Assembly (NCBI GenBank): GCA_943359335.1
Contig: CALRHC010000002.1
Coordinates: forward strand, 1,290-65,289
Direction of reading: 5' to 3'
Source of the DNA: Candidatus Yanofskybacteria bacterium
GTDB lineage: Bacteria; Patescibacteriota; Minisyncoccia; JACQLN01
Length of the DNA stretch: 64,000 nucleotides
Shown here one piece after another: positions 27,901 to 34,901 of the stretch. A model generated the notes under the pieces. The model had not been told where the DNA came from, did not search any database, and saw only the letters and a list, made by a program, of their open reading frames with translations. The position numbers were made by a program, and so were the translations under genes. How positions within the stretch are numbered: position 1 is the stretch's first letter; the number at the start of each line of letters is the position of its first letter.

Positions 27901-28455
27901 AGAAATCGGCGTACCGCAACGCACACAAAACGGAACGATTTTATAATCTTTAACTAAAAGTTTTTTATCGTAAATTCTTTTTAAAATATTCCAAACATTT
28001 TCTATGTATTGAGGTTCGTAGGTTATGTATGGATTTTTTAAGTCTAACCAGTAACCCATGCGGCGTGTCATTTTTTCCCATTCGTCTTTATATTGCCAAA
28101 CAGATTCTTGGCAATCTTTGTTGAATTTAGCAATGCCGTATTTTTCTACATCGCGTTTGTTTTTTAACCCAAGTTTTTTCTCTACTTCTATTTCTACCGG
28201 TAAACCATGAGTATCCCAACCTGCGCGACGTTGAACAAACCGTCCTTTCATGGTTTGAAAACGGCAAATAATATCTTTAAACGAACGCGCCACGATATGA
28301 TGAATACCTGGCTTGCCGTTAGCCGTAGGCGGGCCTTCGTAAAATACAAAAGGCTTACCATCTTTAGTGGCTTCTAATGTTTTTTCAAAAATCTGGTTAT
28401 CGTGCCAATGTTTTAAAACTTTTTCTTCTTCTTGAGGTAGATTTACTTGTCTCAT
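24940..28455 (-). CDS. ileS: isoleucyl-tRNA synthetase (type 2) carrying an inserted histidine phosphatase (PGAM-like) domain (approx residues 488-690)
   Basis: PPTANGKPGIHH, WTTTPWTLP editing motif, KMSKS; insert has LMRHGEAESN, DLLRTRETA, AVVSHMD. Confidence 0.93.
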   Translation of the reverse strand: MRQVNLPQEEEKVLKHWHDNQIFEKTLEATKDGKPFVFYEGPPTANGKPGIHHIVARSFKDIICRFQTMKGRFVQRRAGWDTHGLPVEIEVEKKLGLKNKRDVEKYGIAKFNKDCQESVWQYKDEWEKMTRRMGYWLDLKNPYITYEPQYIENVWNILKRIYDKKLLVKDYKIVPFCVRCGTPISSHEVAQGYETVTDRSVTIKFKVKELENTYLLAWTTTPWTLPGNVALAVGPKVVYVEAEVNGEKYILAKDLAEKVLAGHEYKINKELKAGDLTKLSYEALFAVKELESENSYKVYEADFVTTEDGTGIVHTAVMYGADDFELGTKLNLPKFHTVNREGVFIKSVPVVGGLAIVSENKKDPITEKTILFYLKTKNLLFSEASYKHEYPFCWRCKSPLLYYAQESWFIKMSALRGDLIKNNEKVNWVPEHIKEGRFGEWLREVKDWAISRERYWGTPLPIWECTKCEHKTVIGSLEELNQHRPDTPATLVLMRHGEAESNVKNLCSCYPEKFLNPLTEKGRKQAEESAKKIKKQLDKEKVVAIYASDLLRTRETAQILADELKIKEVIFDERLRELNTGEFNGGPAIEYKNYFNSYKERFMRRPPEGESWLDVSKRVREFMVEVSKKHAGKKIAVVSHMDPLFLLLLSNGIYGEDEALLYRNVIKNTKLALDPAEFAFVETNNWPRDEEGNLNLHRPYADNVFLKCSMCSSKMERIKDLADVWFDSGAMPWAQHGSQISKLKSQNLGKDKFPADYICEAIDQTRGWFYTLMAVSTALGEGAPYKNVISLNHVLDEKGEKMSKSKGNIVDPWMVGEKVGFDMMRWYFYTVNAPGDNKLFSMRDIESKKRRFADTLINSFLFLETYFVVPPKSLAAKTDILDKWVLMRLEKLEFDVNKFLDSYDITSASRAIEEFIDELSNWYIRRSRRKFQKQNIDAEKLSAQNTLTEVLKRTAIIMAPFAPFISEWLHQSLKDLTQVAGYRESVHLEPWPNTKAVKASDVMKAMERAREIVALGLAERAQAGLRVRQPLNALYVSPADYNLIGDVLYIVAEELNVKKVLSDRKIEKNSVSLDTVLTAELKEEGMVREMIRNINEMRKEAKLTPEDKIILYYELNQNTGFKELLARWEDVIKQETRSTQIHFGITETESFLVHKVWNYEGFEIGVGIKRV

Positions 28456-28500
28456 GATGTTCTAAAATTAGCGTAAATTTTAATTATAGTAAAGAAAAAA

Positions 28501-28517
28501 CCCAGCTTAGCGCTGGG
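28501..28517. terminator. hairpin CCCAGC-TTAGC-GCTGGG with T-runs on both strands (terminates 28542..29015 gene)
   Basis: flanked by AAAGAAAAAA and CTTTGTTTG. Confidence 0.6.
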
Positions 28518-28541
28518 CTTTGTTTGTACAAAATTAACCTG

Positions 28542-29015
28542 TTATTCGAAGACGAGGAAACCCTTGAGTTTCTCGATGGTACTCTTGCTCTCAAGAACTT
28601 CTCCCCCAATCTCCAAAGAAAACGTTACGGGCTCATTGGGGAATGTCCCGCCAAATACTGCAGTAGGACTTTCGAAGAAGATCTTCAGCTTTTTTGTGAT
28701 CTTGGTTACAAGGTGCTGCAAGCTTACATCTACAGCTTCCCAGATACCACAACCAACCACAGCAAGAGCTGAAAAATCAGGGCCTCCGCTGGGAATATCC
28801 CTTAAAGGGAAGGTTACCAAGAAATCAACTTCGCATTCTCTGAGGTTTCCACTTTTCGTTTCTCTATGCAACAAAATACCTAACACTAAATAGTTATTTT
28901 TGACATTCCACTTAACCTGAACAAGAACTTCTGTACCTTTCGGCAAAGTAATATGCTTGTAACACTTTACTTTGTTTCTGGGCAAGTCCAAGTATTCATG
29001 ACTTTTTATAAGCAT
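28542..29015 (-). CDS. hypothetical protein in GC-rich island
   Basis: AAGGAG SD 9 nt upstream of ATG; composition distinct from flanks; overlapping + ORFs are probably GC artefacts. Confidence 0.5.
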   Translation of the reverse strand: MLIKSHEYLDLPRNKVKCYKHITLPKGTEVLVQVKWNVKNNYLVLGILLHRETKSGNLRECEVDFLVTFPLRDIPSGGPDFSALAVVGCGIWEAVDVSLQHLVTKITKKLKIFFESPTAVFGGTFPNEPVTFSLEIGGEVLESKSTIEKLKGFLVFE

Positions 29016-29120
29016 GACCGAATCTCCTTCTCTATGAGTTTAAAATGAACAATCTACGTATTAATTATTATATAATACTACAATAACTCTTGTCAATAAT
29101 AGATATTTGTATTAAACTTA

Positions 29121-29567
29121 TTGTTAATGGAAGCAAAAACAAACAAAAAAGCATTTTTTAATTATGAAATCCTCGAGACATTCGAGGCGGGTTTGGTTTT
29201 GCTTGGCGGTGAAGTTAAGTCTATAAGGAATAGCCACTATAGTTTACAGGGCGCATACATAGTTGTAGAAGATGAAGAAGCTTGGTTAGTGAAAGCTATG
29301 ATCGCCCCCTACCAACCTAAAAACATGCAAAAGGGTTATGACCCCGAACGCAGGCGAAAACTTTTACTTAATAAAAAAGAACTTCAATATTTACAAGGAA
29401 AAACCAAAGAAAAAGGATTGACTATTGTGCCATTAAAAGTCTATAATAAGCACGGTCAAATCAAACTAGAAATTGGTTTAGCTAAAGGTAAAAGCAAGGG
29501 CGATAAACGAGAAGTTTTAAAAAAACGCATCGCCGAAAGAGATATCGCCAGAGAACTAAAGTATTAG
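29121..29567 (+). CDS. smpB: SsrA-binding protein
   Basis: 148 aa SmpB fold, TTG start. Confidence 0.9.
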   Translation: MLMEAKTNKKAFFNYEILETFEAGLVLLGGEVKSIRNSHYSLQGAYIVVEDEEAWLVKAMIAPYQPKNMQKGYDPERRRKLLLNKKELQYLQGKTKEKGLTIVPLKVYNKHGQIKLEIGLAKGKSKGDKREVLKKRIAERDIARELKY

Positions 29568-29605
29568 ATCTTTAATATTTTTATAGTTTAGAATTTTACT
29601 TTTAA

Positions 29606-29964
29606 GGGGATGACTTGAATCGTCAAGGAACGTATCGATAAGAATTCGAAGCTGAGGTATACCACAAACTCATAAAACTGGTTACAAATAGTAAGTGCAA
29701 ACTTATTTAACGCTAAACCAGCGTTTGCCGTAGCTTAAAATCTATCGGCCATCGCCCTGTTTTTGCCCAAGAAGACAGTGTGCGGTGTTAACCTTTTGGG
29801 CTGCTGTCTAATGAAGGCGAACTTTAGACTTAAGACAATCGCCGAAAGTTTAACTTTTTTCACCATTCTTTAAGGGTTAAACTTAAACCAAGAATGGTTA
29901 GGCTTCGTAGCAGTTCAATCGAGAAATTTTTTGCACGCGGGTTCAATTCCCGCCATCTCCACCA
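29606..29964 (+). ncRNA. ssrA: tmRNA (transfer-messenger RNA)
   Basis: 5' GGGGATG pairs with CATCTCC-A-CCA 3'; T-arm GGTTCAATTCC; tag ORF GCA AAC TTA TTT AAC GCT AAA CCA GCG TTT GCC GTA GCT TAA (ANLFNAKPAFAVA) at 29697-29738. Confidence 0.9.
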
Positions 29965-29999
29965 CTTCGCTCCTCAAATAAAATAGATAAAACAAAAGT

Positions 30000-30491
30000 T
30001 TGAAAATAAATAACCAAATACGTTCCGAAAAATTAGTAGTTATAGATGAAACCGGCAAAAGCTTGGGTGTTTTAAGCTTGCAAGAAGCCTTAAAAATAGC
30101 CAAAGAAAAAGGTATGGATTTGGCGGAGGTTAACCCTACCGCTACCCCACCAGTTGCCAAAATCATAGATTATGGTAAATTTGAGTACCGCCAAAGGAAA
30201 GCAGAACAGAAGATGAAAGCTGCAAACAAACGGCAGGAGCTTAAAACGGTACGTATAGGGCTTAAAACATCTGTTCACGATACCGAGGTAAAAGCCGGTT
30301 TGGCCGATAAATTCTTAAAAAAGGGCGACCAAGTTAAGTTAGAAATATTCTTAAAAGGCAGAGAAAAGGCCTTTAGAGATCTCGCCAGAACAAAATTAGT
30401 AGCCTTCGAAAAAATGGTTACCGAACAGCATAAAACAGATGGCACGCCAGCAAGCTCACCTTCTGGATGGTCTATAACAATACATAAATAA
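30000..30491 (+). CDS. infC: translation initiation factor IF-3 (non-ATG start)
   Basis: IRSEKLVVIDETGKSLGVLS..., 163 aa. Confidence 0.9.
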   Translation: MKINNQIRSEKLVVIDETGKSLGVLSLQEALKIAKEKGMDLAEVNPTATPPVAKIIDYGKFEYRQRKAEQKMKAANKRQELKTVRIGLKTSVHDTEVKAGLADKFLKKGDQVKLEIFLKGREKAFRDLARTKLVAFEKMVTEQHKTDGTPASSPSGWSITIHK

Positions 30492-30492
30492 T

Positions 30493-30696
30493 ATGGGTGC
30501 AAAAACAAACAAATCGATGGCAAAAAGATTCCGTAGAACTAAAAACGGAAAGCTTATGCATAGAACTCCAAACCAAAATCATTTTAGAGCTAAGAAATCT
30601 AGCAATAGAAAAAGGAGTATAAGCAAAGGTTCAGCAATGGCAAAACCAGAAGTTAAAAACATTATGGAAAAAATGCCTTTTGCAAGATTAAGTTAA
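30493..30696 (+). CDS. rpmI: 50S ribosomal protein L35
   Basis: 67 aa basic protein, infC-rpmI-rplT order. Confidence 0.9.
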   Translation: MGAKTNKSMAKRFRRTKNGKLMHRTPNQNHFRAKKSSNRKRSISKGSAMAKPEVKNIMEKMPFARLS

Positions 30697-30702
30697 AAAA
30701 AT

Positions 30703-31047
30703 ATGGCACGTGTAAAAAGAGGAACAATTGCGTCTAAACGCAGAAAGAATTTATTAAAATATACCAAAGGCTTTAAGTGGTCTCGTAATACACATTACCG
30801 AGCTGCTAAAGAAGCTTTGTTGCACGCTTGGTCTAAAGCCTATCATGATCGCAAAAAGAAAAAAGGTGACTTTAGAACTTTATGGCAAGTTAAAGTTGGC
30901 GCTGCCGCTAAACAAAATGGTATTTCTTACAGCCGTTTTATAAACGCTTTAAAGAAAGCCAATGTTGAGCTAGATAGAAAAATATTAGCCGACCTCGCCG
31001 AAAACAATCCAGAAGTATTTGCTAAGATTGTAGAAAAAGTTAAATAA
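30703..31047 (+). CDS. rplT: 50S ribosomal protein L20
   Basis: MARVKRGTIASKRRK... Confidence 0.95.
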   Translation: MARVKRGTIASKRRKNLLKYTKGFKWSRNTHYRAAKEALLHAWSKAYHDRKKKKGDFRTLWQVKVGAAAKQNGISYSRFINALKKANVELDRKILADLAENNPEVFAKIVEKVK

Positions 31048-31327
31048 AGCTTTTAGGAATAACTTTTAAACCATCCATCAAAACTCCTTCTCTCTGAAGG
31101 AGTTTTGCTTTTATAGCAATACCTCCACGGTTATAGCCGCCTAAATTGCCGTCTGATCTGACTACACGATGGCATGGAATTTTAGGATCAAAGTTTTTAG
31201 ATAACACCATAGCCACTCCTCTCGCTGCTTTGGGCGAGCCAATAGCTATAGCAACTTTTTTATATGTTGCTACTTTTCCTTTTGGAATTTTTTTAGTAAA
31301 TTCGTAAACTTTTTCTCTAAATATCAT
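31040..31327 (-). CDS. ogt: methylated-DNA-protein-cysteine methyltransferase DNA-binding/active-site domain protein
   Basis: PCHRVV active-site motif, 95 aa. Confidence 0.85.
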   Translation of the reverse strand: MIFREKVYEFTKKIPKGKVATYKKVAIAIGSPKAARGVAMVLSKNFDPKIPCHRVVRSDGNLGGYNRGGIAIKAKLLQREGVLMDGLKVIPKSFI

Positions 31328-31344
31328 TTCTTATTTTACCCTTG

Positions 31345-31432
31345 TTTGCTGCTGAACGATTTCAAGGAGGTTCGTTTTATTTATAAAGAGGGAGGATGTA
31401 AGTGCCCCTCCTTGCAGGAGTGAAGTAGCAAA
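31345..31432. repeat. repeat family F1 copy 3 (core plus site-specific closing stem TTTGCT.../...AGCAAA), between polX stop and ogt start
   Basis: core approx 90% identical to copies 1 and 2. Confidence 0.65.
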
Positions 31433-31445
31433 CAAAAAACATTAA

Positions 31446-33176
31446 CTATTTATTTTTTAAAAAACCTAACATTTTTTCTACCGACCAAGCGTTTATAATA
31501 TCCGCCTTAGTCGCCCATGCTCTGCGTGCCTGCGCAATACCAAGTTCTAAATATTTAAAGTGGTCGGTATGATGTGCATCAGAATCTATAGATAATTTTA
31601 CTCCTGCCTCTAGAGCCATTCTTACATGTTCATCTTTTAAATCTAACCTATCGGCAAAAGCATCTATTTCTAAAACTGTGCCAGTTCTTTTGGCGGCTTT
31701 TATAATTTCTTCAATATCTATTTCGTAAGCTGGTCGTTTATTAATAATCCTGCCAGTGGGGTGAAAAAGAATATCTACATTAGGGTTTTCCATCGCCTTA
31801 ATTATTCTTTTTGTTTGTTCGGCTTTAGTTAAATTAAATAAAGAATGCACCGCCACACCCACTACATCCAATTTAGCTAAAGTTTTATCGTCTATATCTA
31901 ACGAACCATCTTTTAAAATATTTACTTCTGCACCCTTTAAAACACGAAACTTGTAACCTGAAGCTTGAAACTTTTTATTTATTTTTTCTATCTCCGCCAT
32001 CTGCTTTTCTAGTTTCTTTTCATCCGATCCACCCGTCATCGCCAAAGATTTTGTATGGTCGGTAATTAAAATATATTCCAAACCCATTTTCATAGCAGCT
32101 TCAGCCATTTCTTCTATAGAGTTTTCGCCATCTGTCCAAGTTGTTTGAATCTGTAAATCGCCTTTTAAATCAGCGTAATTAATTAGCTTAGGAAGTTTAT
32201 TTTTACCAGCGGCCTCAACCTCCCTGTTTAAGTTCCTAAGTTCGGGTTCAATGTATTCTAAACCTAATTTGTTATATATTTCTTCTTCTGTTTTTCCTGC
32301 TATTAATTTCTCACCCTTATACAAGCCGTATTCGTTTAACTTATAGCCTTTTTCTATCGCGATTTTTCTTAATTCTACGTTGTGGTTTTTATCTCCCGTA
32401 AAATATTGCGCCGCCGCACCAAAACTTTCCGGTGCCACCACACGTAAATCTATTTCCAAACCATTATTTAGTTTAATAACACTTTTAGTTTCACCTTTAG
32501 CTACTACCCTTCCAACTTCGGGCATTTTTATAAACATATCCATAACTTCTCTGGGGTTTTTAGAAGTTATTAAAATATCTACATCGCCTATAGTTTCTTG
32601 CATTCGACGCGTCGAACCACATAATAAAACTTTATCGGCATATTTGCTTTTTTCTAAACGAGAAACAATTTCTCTAATTTCGGGTAAAACAAAACCCAAA
32701 ACATAGCGCCCACTATGTTTTTTAACAAACTCTAAACCTTTTAAAATTTTCTCTTCCGATTTTTCACCAAAACCTTCTAAATTTTTAATTAAACCCGCCT
32801 TAGCCGCCTTTTCTAACTGAGCTAAATTTTTAATGCCTAATTTTTTATATAGTTTATAAACACCTTTAGGGCCAACTCCTTCCACACTGGTTAAACCCTC
32901 TACATCTACCGGAATTTTTTTCTTTAAAGCTAAGTGCTCTTTAATTTTTTTTGTTTTAATATATTCTTCTATCATTTCCGACATGCTTTTACCCACACCC
33001 TGAATTTCTTCTAGAGCTTTGGTACCACCTCTTTTGTATATGTCTTTTAAATCTTCGCCTAAGTTTTCTATATTTACCGCCGCGCGTTCAAAAGCCTGTG
33101 GTTTAAAAGCCACCTCTTGCATAGCAAACAATATGGAAATTTCCTTGAATATTTTGGTTATCTCTTGGTTTATCAT
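31446..33176 (-). CDS. polX: DNA polymerase X family with C-terminal PHP domain
   Basis: HhH motifs, GSTRRMQETIGDVDIL Pol-beta NT motif, PHP histidines. Confidence 0.9.
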   Translation of the reverse strand: MINQEITKIFKEISILFAMQEVAFKPQAFERAAVNIENLGEDLKDIYKRGGTKALEEIQGVGKSMSEMIEEYIKTKKIKEHLALKKKIPVDVEGLTSVEGVGPKGVYKLYKKLGIKNLAQLEKAAKAGLIKNLEGFGEKSEEKILKGLEFVKKHSGRYVLGFVLPEIREIVSRLEKSKYADKVLLCGSTRRMQETIGDVDILITSKNPREVMDMFIKMPEVGRVVAKGETKSVIKLNNGLEIDLRVVAPESFGAAAQYFTGDKNHNVELRKIAIEKGYKLNEYGLYKGEKLIAGKTEEEIYNKLGLEYIEPELRNLNREVEAAGKNKLPKLINYADLKGDLQIQTTWTDGENSIEEMAEAAMKMGLEYILITDHTKSLAMTGGSDEKKLEKQMAEIEKINKKFQASGYKFRVLKGAEVNILKDGSLDIDDKTLAKLDVVGVAVHSLFNLTKAEQTKRIIKAMENPNVDILFHPTGRIINKRPAYEIDIEEIIKAAKRTGTVLEIDAFADRLDLKDEHVRMALEAGVKLSIDSDAHHTDHFKYLELGIAQARRAWATKADIINAWSVEKMLGFLKNK

Positions 33177-33214
33177 TGTTTATATACTAGCAACTTTCAG
33201 TGCAAATAAAAAAG

Positions 33215-33235
33215 CCCGACGGATTTTACGTCGGG
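33215..33235 (-). terminator. hairpin CCCGACG-GATTTTA-CGTCGGG after small-protein operon
   Basis: T-runs both sides (AAATAAAAAAG / TTTTTT). Confidence 0.6.
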
Positions 33236-33244
33236 ACCAGTTTT

Positions 33245-33439
33245 TTAGGAAGCATGGTTTGCCACACTACACGGAAAAGGCGGGATCAAGAAAAAAGATA
33301 ATACAAAACATATTTTCCAGCCAACTGCCGCCAACATAATACATGTACATCCAGCAACAAACATAGATGGATATAACCAAATTCTGTTCTTCCGCAATAA
33401 TGTTTTCCCCTTATCCTTGATCTTTAAAAGGTCTTTCAT
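33245..33439 (-). CDS. small Cys-containing membrane protein P1 (64 aa; start MKDLLKIKD)
   Basis: GGAGGT SD 7 nt upstream; ATGA overlap with upstream ORF; terminator downstream. Confidence 0.5.
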   Translation of the reverse strand: MKDLLKIKDKGKTLLRKNRIWLYPSMFVAGCTCIMLAAVGWKICFVLSFFLIPPFPCSVANHAS

Positions 33440-33615
33440 GTAAAACCTCCGTTTTTTATGAGAGGACGAATCCAACTTAGAGCATACCTATCCACCAACC
33501 CGCAACCAATACAAATACACAAAAGAGTAAAAAGAAAGACTAAACTCAGACCCAAACAAAGGACCAGGGCAAGCGACACAAGTACCACAACCCCGATACT
33601 TTTTATAAATCCCAT
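33436..33615 (-). CDS. small hydrophobic Cys-rich peptide P2 (59 aa MGFIKSIGVVVLVSL...), not in ORF track
   Basis: ATG 3 nt after P3 stop; stop TGA overlaps ATG of P1 (ACATGA). Confidence 0.4.
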   Translation of the reverse strand: MGFIKSIGVVVLVSLALVLCLGLSLVFLFTLLCICIGCGLVDRYALSWIRPLIKNGGFT

Positions 33616-33618
33616 ATC

Positions 33619-33834
33619 TTACCCTTTCTCCTTTTTTTGTTTTCTAATCGCATTAACAATTCTGACTATTTTTTCTTTACCCTGCCAAAAACTTCCGGAC
33701 GGAGAAATAAGTCTTGGCGCCTCGCATTCAGAAGAAACTTCCCGTTGAACAAACCTATCGTAATTCAATACTTCCGGCACCCAACCATCTCTGGTTACTA
33801 ACTTCCAAGTACCAGGAAATTTTAACTTGTGCAT
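33619..33834 (-). CDS. small hydrophilic protein P3 (71 aa)
   Basis: GGGAG SD; 13-nt overlap with P4. Confidence 0.45.
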   Translation of the reverse strand: MHKLKFPGTWKLVTRDGWVPEVLNYDRFVQREVSSECEAPRLISPSGSFWQGKEKIVRIVNAIRKQKKEKG

Positions 33835-34013
33835 TTAGGCCTACTCCCTATTAAAATATAATTTCTTTTTTGGGCATACTCCTCCCACAAAAGAAGGTTA
33901 TGAAAATAATCCAAGACTTCAGGATCCAATTCTATTTTAGAGCCAAGAACTTCCTTTGAGTCTCCTGCTGTAGGAATATCTTTAGACTTATCCTTTTCTG
34001 AACACATAAACAC
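33822..34013 (-). CDS. small acidic protein P4 (63 aa)
   Basis: AAGGAGGG SD 7 nt upstream of ATG. Confidence 0.5.
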   Translation of the reverse strand: MFMCSEKDKSKDIPTAGDSKEVLGSKIELDPEVLDYFHNLLLWEEYAQKRNYILIGSRPKCTS

Positions 34014-34077
34014 CCTCCTTTTTTAAAGAACGTTTAAATAGTCTTATCAAGAAACTACCAAATATATAAAAGTAAGT

Positions 34078-34716
34078 CTACTGTACTATCTTTCTGTGAC
34101 GTTCGGGTATGGTTCTATCTTGGTATCGTTTTTTAGGATCAAGATGGCTAAGTAAACCCAGTAATAAAAATGCCGACAAAAGAGATATTGCGCTTGCCGA
34201 AAGAAACAGTGTAACAAAACCATATTTATCGGCAACGTAACCACCAACCGCCGTTGCTACAGAAGCGGCGAGGCCGACCGAAAAAACACTATCCAAACTC
34301 CATTCAAAACTTATTCTCCATTTATCTACGTGGCGTGTAAAAATGGAATACCAAGCTGGTACCGCCCACGCCATTATAAAACCATAAAAACCCTGCACAA
34401 TGTATAAATGTACTGGCTTTGTAACAAAAATATAAGCAATAGGAATAAGTGAGCTTAAAAAATAACCCAAAAATAGTGCCCAAAAATCATCGCGTTCGCC
34501 GTCGGTTTTATCTAAAAAGCGTGCAATTGGCAATTGAAAAATAGATTTAACTATCCAGTAAATTGAGGCGGCAAAACCAGCAACTTTAGCTGAACCACCT
34601 TGTATTTGATTTGTTAAAAAAATTGCAAACACCGGACCAAAAGAAGCAAAAGCAGAATTATAAAAAAAATCTGCTGCAACAATAACTTTTATAATACGAT
34701 TTACACCTGTAAACAT
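34078..34716 (-). CDS. 6-TM MFS-half-like membrane protein
   Basis: GGYVADKYG MFS loop motif, 212 aa. Confidence 0.55.
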   Translation of the reverse strand: MFTGVNRIIKVIVAADFFYNSAFASFGPVFAIFLTNQIQGGSAKVAGFAASIYWIVKSIFQLPIARFLDKTDGERDDFWALFLGYFLSSLIPIAYIFVTKPVHLYIVQGFYGFIMAWAVPAWYSIFTRHVDKWRISFEWSLDSVFSVGLAASVATAVGGYVADKYGFVTLFLSASAISLLSAFLLLGLLSHLDPKKRYQDRTIPERHRKIVQ

Positions 34717-34763
34717 GCCAATTTTATTTATGAACGAAGTGAGTAATTATAAATATTGAGCAC
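34717..34763 (-). promoter_or_regulatory. conserved 47-nt 5' leader/promoter motif (family F3 copy A) immediately upstream of start codon; contains TATAAT
   Basis: approx 87% identical to 52916-52962 upstream of MazG-like gene. Confidence 0.5.
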
Positions 34764-34852
34764 CCCAACGTAAGGTCGGGGTAAGATTTGATATATAAGA
34801 AATAATCACTTCATTTTAGTTCTTATACTATGTCCTTACAGTATAACAAAAA

Positions 34853-34873
34853 ATCCCGCTTAATAGTCGGGAT
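34853..34873 (-). terminator. hairpin ATCCCG-N9-CGGGAT after S8 peptidase gene
   Basis: minus-strand T-run TTTTTTGTT. Confidence 0.6.
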
Positions 34874-34901
34874 AAGTTATGCGTCTAATTTATTTAATTT
34901 A

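Noticed and set aside
28524-28893. Two + strand ORFs (82 and 109 aa) overlapping the 157-aa minus-strand ORF
   Set aside because: GC-rich sequence yields long spurious frames. Only the minus-strand ORF has an SD and a matching terminator.
29915-30166. 83-aa minus-strand ORF overlapping tmRNA 3' end and infC start
   Set aside because: Overlaps two high-confidence features (tmRNA acceptor arm, infC).
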